This document shows, in pieces, positions 7,356 to 12,413 of a stretch of 12,413 nucleotides of DNA; position 1 is the first letter of the stretch, and each line of letters begins with the position of its first letter. The DNA is taken from positions 1 to 12,413 of the forward strand of contig JAFGDV010000021.1 of the NCBI GenBank assembly GCA_016931955.1. The letters are read 5' to 3'. This stretch comes from Candidatus Altiarchaeota archaeon (lineage in GTDB: Archaea; Altiarchaeota; Altiarchaeia; IMC4; QMZM01). The notes under the pieces were generated by a model, which made no database searches, was not told the DNA's origin, and worked only from the letters and a program-made list of their open reading frames with translations. Position numbers and translations under genes: made by a program.

Positions 7356-7389
7356 ACTATTTAATTAGGGTTCAGGTAAATATATCTCT
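7356..7389. promoter_or_regulatory. 34-bp divergent promoter region for carS and apgM
   Basis: Plus-strand TATTTAAT (7358-7365) lies 25-32 nt before the apgM ATG. A minus-strand ATATATTTA tract (7385-7377) lies 22-30 nt before the carS ATG. Confidence 0.5.
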
Positions 7390-8604
7390 ATGACGAAGTT
7401 ACTCCTCATACTCTGTGATGGAATGGGCGACCGCCTAACCAAGGGGAAGACGCCTCTTGAGGCTGCTGACTCCCCCAACATGGACCGCATTGCCAAGGAG
7501 GGTATATGTGGCATAATGGATACGGTACGCACTGGCGTGCGTCCTGGAAGCGATACTGCTCATCTATCCCTCTTTGGTTATGATCCCCTCAAGGTCTACA
7601 CTGGGAGGGGGCCATTTGAGGCCGCTGGCGTGGGTCTTAAACTGCAAGATGGCGATGTTGCATTTCGCTGCAACTTTGCAACACTCAAGGATGGCAGGGT
7701 CGTGGACAGGCGGGCTGGTCGGGCGGAGCATGGCCTGGCGGAGCTTGCAGATGGGATATCGCGGATTAGAGTGGAAGGTGCTGAGATTCTATTCAAGAAG
7801 TGCGCCGGACACCGGGCTGTTCTAGTCCTCCGTGGTGAGGGCCTTTCTTCATGTATAACAGACACTGATCCTGAGTCTAGTGACGTTATCCCTAACTCAT
7901 GCGAATCCCTTGACGGTGAGGGGGCTTCCTTAAAAACCGCAGGTATCCTGAATGAGTTCACCCAGAAGACCGCTAAACTTCTATCCGATCACCCGATAAA
8001 CATGGAGAGGGTGGAGCGTGGACTGCTTCCCGCTAATATTGTCCTCTGTAGGGGTGCTGGCATAAAGCCCAACATCAAGGGCTTTGAGCAGAGGTATGGT
8101 CTGAAGGCAGCGTGTATATCAGCCACCACCCTCATAAAGGGTGTGTGCAGGACCCTGGGCATGGACGTGATCGAGGTTGAAGGCGTCACAGGCCACGTGG
8201 ACTCTAACATCGCCGCGAAGGCTCGTGCAGCCATCGAAGCTTTGAAGGAGTATGACTTTGTTTTCTTGCACATCAAGGGAACAGATGAGGCTTCTCATGA
8301 CGGCAAGTTTGATCTGAAGAAGGGGATGATTGAGAGGATTGATAGGGAGGTCATTAGCCCAATAAGGGATAACGTTAAGGACACAACCATTGTGTTGACA
8401 GCCGATCATTCGACCCCTATTGGGATAAGACAGCACTCTGCTGATCCCGTTCCAATAGCTATTTTGGGTGATGTTCGCGTTGATCAGGTTGATAGGTTCA
8501 CAGAGAGGGATTGCGCTAAGGGCGGTCTTTTGAGGATCTGCGGCAATGACCTTATGGGCGTCATCTTGGATATCTCTAACACTGCGAAACTCTTCGGTGC
8601 GTGA
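7390..8604 (+). CDS. apgM: 2,3-bisphosphoglycerate-independent phosphoglycerate mutase, archaeal type
   Basis: DGMGD, TPLEAA, PGSDTAHLSLFGYDP (catalytic Ser), GRGPFEAAG, DEASHDG, TADHSTP, HSADPVP. Confidence 0.95.
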   Translation: MTKLLLILCDGMGDRLTKGKTPLEAADSPNMDRIAKEGICGIMDTVRTGVRPGSDTAHLSLFGYDPLKVYTGRGPFEAAGVGLKLQDGDVAFRCNFATLKDGRVVDRRAGRAEHGLAELADGISRIRVEGAEILFKKCAGHRAVLVLRGEGLSSCITDTDPESSDVIPNSCESLDGEGASLKTAGILNEFTQKTAKLLSDHPINMERVERGLLPANIVLCRGAGIKPNIKGFEQRYGLKAACISATTLIKGVCRTLGMDVIEVEGVTGHVDSNIAAKARAAIEALKEYDFVFLHIKGTDEASHDGKFDLKKGMIERIDREVISPIRDNVKDTTIVLTADHSTPIGIRQHSADPVPIAILGDVRVDQVDRFTERDCAKGGLLRICGNDLMGVILDISNTAKLFGA

Positions 8605-8643
8605 CTAACATTAATTTATAAAGGTCTAAACATATAATTTAAC

Positions 8644-8802
8644 ATGAAAAGGGACGTTGGCAGATACCACAAGCTTCCTTGGGGTGGAGGGCAACTAACT
8701 ATCCCGAAGGATCTCGTTAAGGAGTTGAGGTTGAACAACAAGGAAAAGGTCCTCCTAGAGTATGACCCTAACAAGAAGGAGCTGAGGATTACAAAGCTCT
8801 AG
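8644..8802 (+). CDS. 52-aa AbrB/MazE/SpoVT-fold DNA-binding protein (not in ORF track)
   Basis: Hand translation MKRDVGRYHKLPWGGGQLTIPKDLVKELRLNNKEKVLLEYDPNKKELRITKL contains the GQLTIPK..L.L signature. TTTATAAA at 8615-8622 is at leaderless spacing, and a T-rich tract follows downstream. Confidence 0.8.
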   Translation: MKRDVGRYHKLPWGGGQLTIPKDLVKELRLNNKEKVLLEYDPNKKELRITKL

Positions 8803-8847
8803 CTAATCGAAGAACGGTGGCAGACTGGGTGTATTCGGTGAATCTTG

Positions 8848-8877
8848 TTTCTATTTATTCCTTTTACGTTTTTTTGG
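8848..8877 (+). terminator. Possible oligo-T terminator
   Basis: Several T runs, including T7, between the two convergent small ORFs. Confidence 0.35.
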
Positions 8878-8886
8878 TTACTTTAT

Positions 8887-9027
8887 TTATTCTTCTACTA
8901 CTATAACCACGTCTTCCCCGTCTTTGAAGGGTAATTCATTTTTTTGCATTGGGAGTATGTCTATACAACATTCTTCTCTTTCCCCTATGCTGACGAGGCC
9001 AACCACGCCTTTGTTTTTTAGCTCCAT
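8887..9027 (-). CDS. 46-aa hypothetical protein, possibly a degenerate or truncated AbrB-like protein
   Basis: From the ATG at 9027: MELKNKGVVGLVSIGEREECCIDILPMQKNELPFKDGEDVVIVVEE. LPFKDGEDVVIVVE resembles the AbrB-type second hairpin. The upstream extension to 9093 runs through AT-rich promoter-like DNA. Confidence 0.45.
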   Translation of the reverse strand: MELKNKGVVGLVSIGEREECCIDILPMQKNELPFKDGEDVVIVVEE

Positions 9028-9141
9028 TTTTTTTGGGAGGGCTATTTTTTCCAGCCCATATATATTTTTGTAGGAGAGTATAAATATATACATAATAAAT
9101 TATAATAACACTATGTATACTATTATATAGAACATACTAAA

Positions 9142-10116
9142 ATGGAAAACCCCCAACTACAGAGGGTGGGCAAATGGCTCGATCTGACCGACCAACAATT
9201 TGGAATCCTGCTATCCCTCTACAAACTCGAGACAATTGGAGAGAAGACAACACCAAAAAACATAGAGCATGAGTACCTTAAAACCTATGGTAGAGCGCCT
9301 CAGAGATCCAACCTCTTCGGACAGATCAGACAACTGCTTTCAAGGAACATGATAACGAAGGAGGGTCAGGGGTCTTATTCGGTAAATTTTGGGGTGATAT
9401 ACGCGCTCCTCCAAGATCGGAAGGACGCCTTCATAGAGGAACTGAACGAGTTTAACAGGGTTTCTGAGCAGATAAAGGAATACTTCAGGAAGGCTGCTAT
9501 TCAGACAACAAAGCCGAAGGTGGAGTACTTCAACTATGACGAATTTTATAACGCCCTCGCTGAATCAATAAAGACCAAAGAACGCTTTTATACGACGACG
9601 AAGTTCCCATCAATCGCCTACACCTATTCGCTCTCCGCTGGAATTGGCACAATCAATTACACTAACACTGTCTGGGAGCGCTGTTTTGAGAGGCGTGAAT
9701 TGCAGGCCTGCTATCTTACAACATTGGATGTCGACTTCCCATTCAACCACGCCTTCAGAGTCTATGGGGACCCTAAGAGGGCATACCGGGAATGCATAAT
9801 AGTAATAGACCAATTGTGGAATCAGATACAAACACACCCCAACCTAGACGTTAGGTTCCTGAAAGAGCTTCATGGGATGGATGTCTTCATCCCCGAAACC
9901 CATGAACCCAAGGAATTCTTCCTGTTCACGAGAGACGAGCACAGGAACATCATAGGGGGTATAAAGGTAATGTCTCCCGAAACAGCTATAAGCGCTAAAC
10001 AGATGTTTATGCGCGACTTCGAGTACGCTGAGCGGCTTACTGGACAGAAGGGTGAGGAGATAATGGAAAACCTTAAAAAGGAACTTGAGGAAAGATACAG
10101 CATCTGTAAGGTCTAA
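9142..10116 (+). CDS. Divergent TrmB-like transcriptional regulator (wHTH, coiled coil, effector-binding-like domain)
   Basis: N-terminal LDLTDQQFGILLSL..TPKNI..RSNLFGQIRQLLSRNMITK..GSYSV wHTH, a helical linker, then an alpha/beta domain ending AKQMFMRDFEYAERL, similar to the F..W..A helix of TrmB effector domains. Confidence 0.6.
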   Translation: MENPQLQRVGKWLDLTDQQFGILLSLYKLETIGEKTTPKNIEHEYLKTYGRAPQRSNLFGQIRQLLSRNMITKEGQGSYSVNFGVIYALLQDRKDAFIEELNEFNRVSEQIKEYFRKAAIQTTKPKVEYFNYDEFYNALAESIKTKERFYTTTKFPSIAYTYSLSAGIGTINYTNTVWERCFERRELQACYLTTLDVDFPFNHAFRVYGDPKRAYRECIIVIDQLWNQIQTHPNLDVRFLKELHGMDVFIPETHEPKEFFLFTRDEHRNIIGGIKVMSPETAISAKQMFMRDFEYAERLTGQKGEEIMENLKKELEERYSICKV

Positions 10117-10118
10117 AG

Positions 10119-11357
10119 ATGGAATGCCCTTCATGTAGTCAAAAGATCCGTGGAAGATGGAATTTCTGCCCGAACTGTGGCATGAAATTGAGCCCTAAAG
10201 AGGTTTTAGTTCACCGAGGGATCAGGGACCTGGAACAGCCGTTTGGGAGCCTAGCCCATGAGGGGGTCGTCTCCAAAAAATTCGCGTCTGTTAGGAATAT
10301 GGGCGACAGCGCACATGGGAGCCCCAAGGGGATACGCCCCCAGCTTGGCGATTTCGAGCACATAAACCTACTTAATCTCAGAAGGTTCTCGTTATCATAT
10401 GTTTCCCCTGAACAGGAGCATGAGGTCTATAAGATAGGGAGGATTATTGGAGCCTATCTCGCAAAAATTGATGCTGAAAGCCCTCAAAATCGGGATCTTT
10501 TCGACAAGAACTCAGGAAGAGACTTTTGGGGTATTATTGGCGATAAAGCTCTTCAGGAAGATCAGAGGAGGACGTGGAAGAACCTGGGTATCGGTTTCAT
10601 AGGCGTTGAACGCATTGACAGGAAACATGGCGTTGTTAAATACAGCCTTGATGAATCCCCGTCCTCTGTAGTCCATAAGAGGAACACCCCTTGCTTTATG
10701 GAAGCCGGCATACTCTCCGGGATGGTGGAATCCCTTTATACGATCTCTCAGAGGGATGTTAGTGATGCCTTAAGTGTCCAAGAAAATTATCCCGTAGTAG
10801 AGTTATCCCTGCTAGACAAAGGCGAGAACCCTCCGATAGACCCCCCAGCTAAGGGGGAATTAGAGTCCATGCTTTTTGAGACAATCTCTCTCGTATTAGA
10901 CGAAGCCGAAGCCTGCAGGCGGGGTTTACCTGATTTCTCTTACATGGCCCTTGACCAGATGATTAACTATCTCTTTCTCACACTATCGCCTGGACATATT
11001 ATACTATCTAAGCAGGCTGGGAGGATATGTGGTGAAAGAATCAGTAGAGAGGCCAACCTGAGCGGTGTTGGCCGCGCCTTAGACTTTCTGCAGAGGATAT
11101 TCCTCTATCTTAGGGCTGGAATCATCCACGCCAAGGAGGGCATAAACCAGATAACCGTAAGTATGGATGAATCAGTCTATGCGTCTGGTGTGGACAACGT
11201 AGGCATCAATCTCTGCACCTTTTTTGAGGGCATCCTGGAGGGCACACTCTCGAAGGCCACCGACCAGAGGTGGTATGTGCTGGAGACGAAGTGTGCTGGA
11301 AACGATCATCTTCGGTGTGAGTTCAATTGTAGGTTGGCAGACTATACCAAAATGTAA
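10119..11357 (+). CDS. Zinc-ribbon plus tandem V4R (4-vinyl-reductase-like) domain protein
   Basis: N-terminal CPSC-x10-CPNCG. C-terminal V4R LCTFFEGILEG..ETKC-x7-CEF. An internal repeat LGIG..DES..PCFMEAGILSG lacks the final Cys pair. Starts 2 nt after the regulator stop. Confidence 0.8.
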   Translation: MECPSCSQKIRGRWNFCPNCGMKLSPKEVLVHRGIRDLEQPFGSLAHEGVVSKKFASVRNMGDSAHGSPKGIRPQLGDFEHINLLNLRRFSLSYVSPEQEHEVYKIGRIIGAYLAKIDAESPQNRDLFDKNSGRDFWGIIGDKALQEDQRRTWKNLGIGFIGVERIDRKHGVVKYSLDESPSSVVHKRNTPCFMEAGILSGMVESLYTISQRDVSDALSVQENYPVVELSLLDKGENPPIDPPAKGELESMLFETISLVLDEAEACRRGLPDFSYMALDQMINYLFLTLSPGHIILSKQAGRICGERISREANLSGVGRALDFLQRIFLYLRAGIIHAKEGINQITVSMDESVYASGVDNVGINLCTFFEGILEGTLSKATDQRWYVLETKCAGNDHLRCEFNCRLADYTKM

Positions 11358-11371
11358 TCTATTTTAAATCT

Positions 11372-11386
11372 GAAATACATATAAAT
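11372..11386 (+). promoter_or_regulatory. Candidate rRNA promoter (BRE-like GAAA plus ATATAAA)
   Basis: GAAATACATATAAAT about 100 nt upstream of the 16S 5' end. Confidence 0.4.
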
Positions 11387-11482
11387 TACTAGATGTTGTG
11401 AGGGCATATCTACGATATGTTTGATTTGTGTGATATTGCAGGTAAAACCTAGTGTGAACCACCAATTCCATTGTGACCATTA

Positions 11483-12413
<931 letters not shown>

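Overview
Archaeal genomic window (CarS, archaeal ApgM, PAC2, TATA-box promoters, archaeal-type 16S). The divergent 16S suggests a deep or uncultured lineage; Altiarchaeota/DPANN-like is my guess only. Four blocks are visible. (1) 213-3991 is an accessory-looking nucleotidylation island: a DUF6036/AbiEii-like nucleotidyltransferase, a tandem-wHTH partner and two class II Fic proteins, each carrying a different putative DNA-binding appendage, with candidate operators and a 23-bp direct repeat bracketing one Fic gene. (2) 4203-8604 is a housekeeping block: a minus-strand run carS-ogg-metallophosphoesterase-PAC2-hsp20, divergent from apgM. (3) 8644-11357 is a regulatory cluster: two tiny convergent AbrB-like ORFs (one absent from the ORF track), then a TrmB-like regulator coupled to a zinc-ribbon plus tandem-V4R protein. 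(4) From about 11483 lies the 5' part of a 16S rRNA gene with mismatches to several standard primers. Blocks 1 and 3 are the best candidates for undescribed systems. All family calls come from motif recognition by eye, not database searches.
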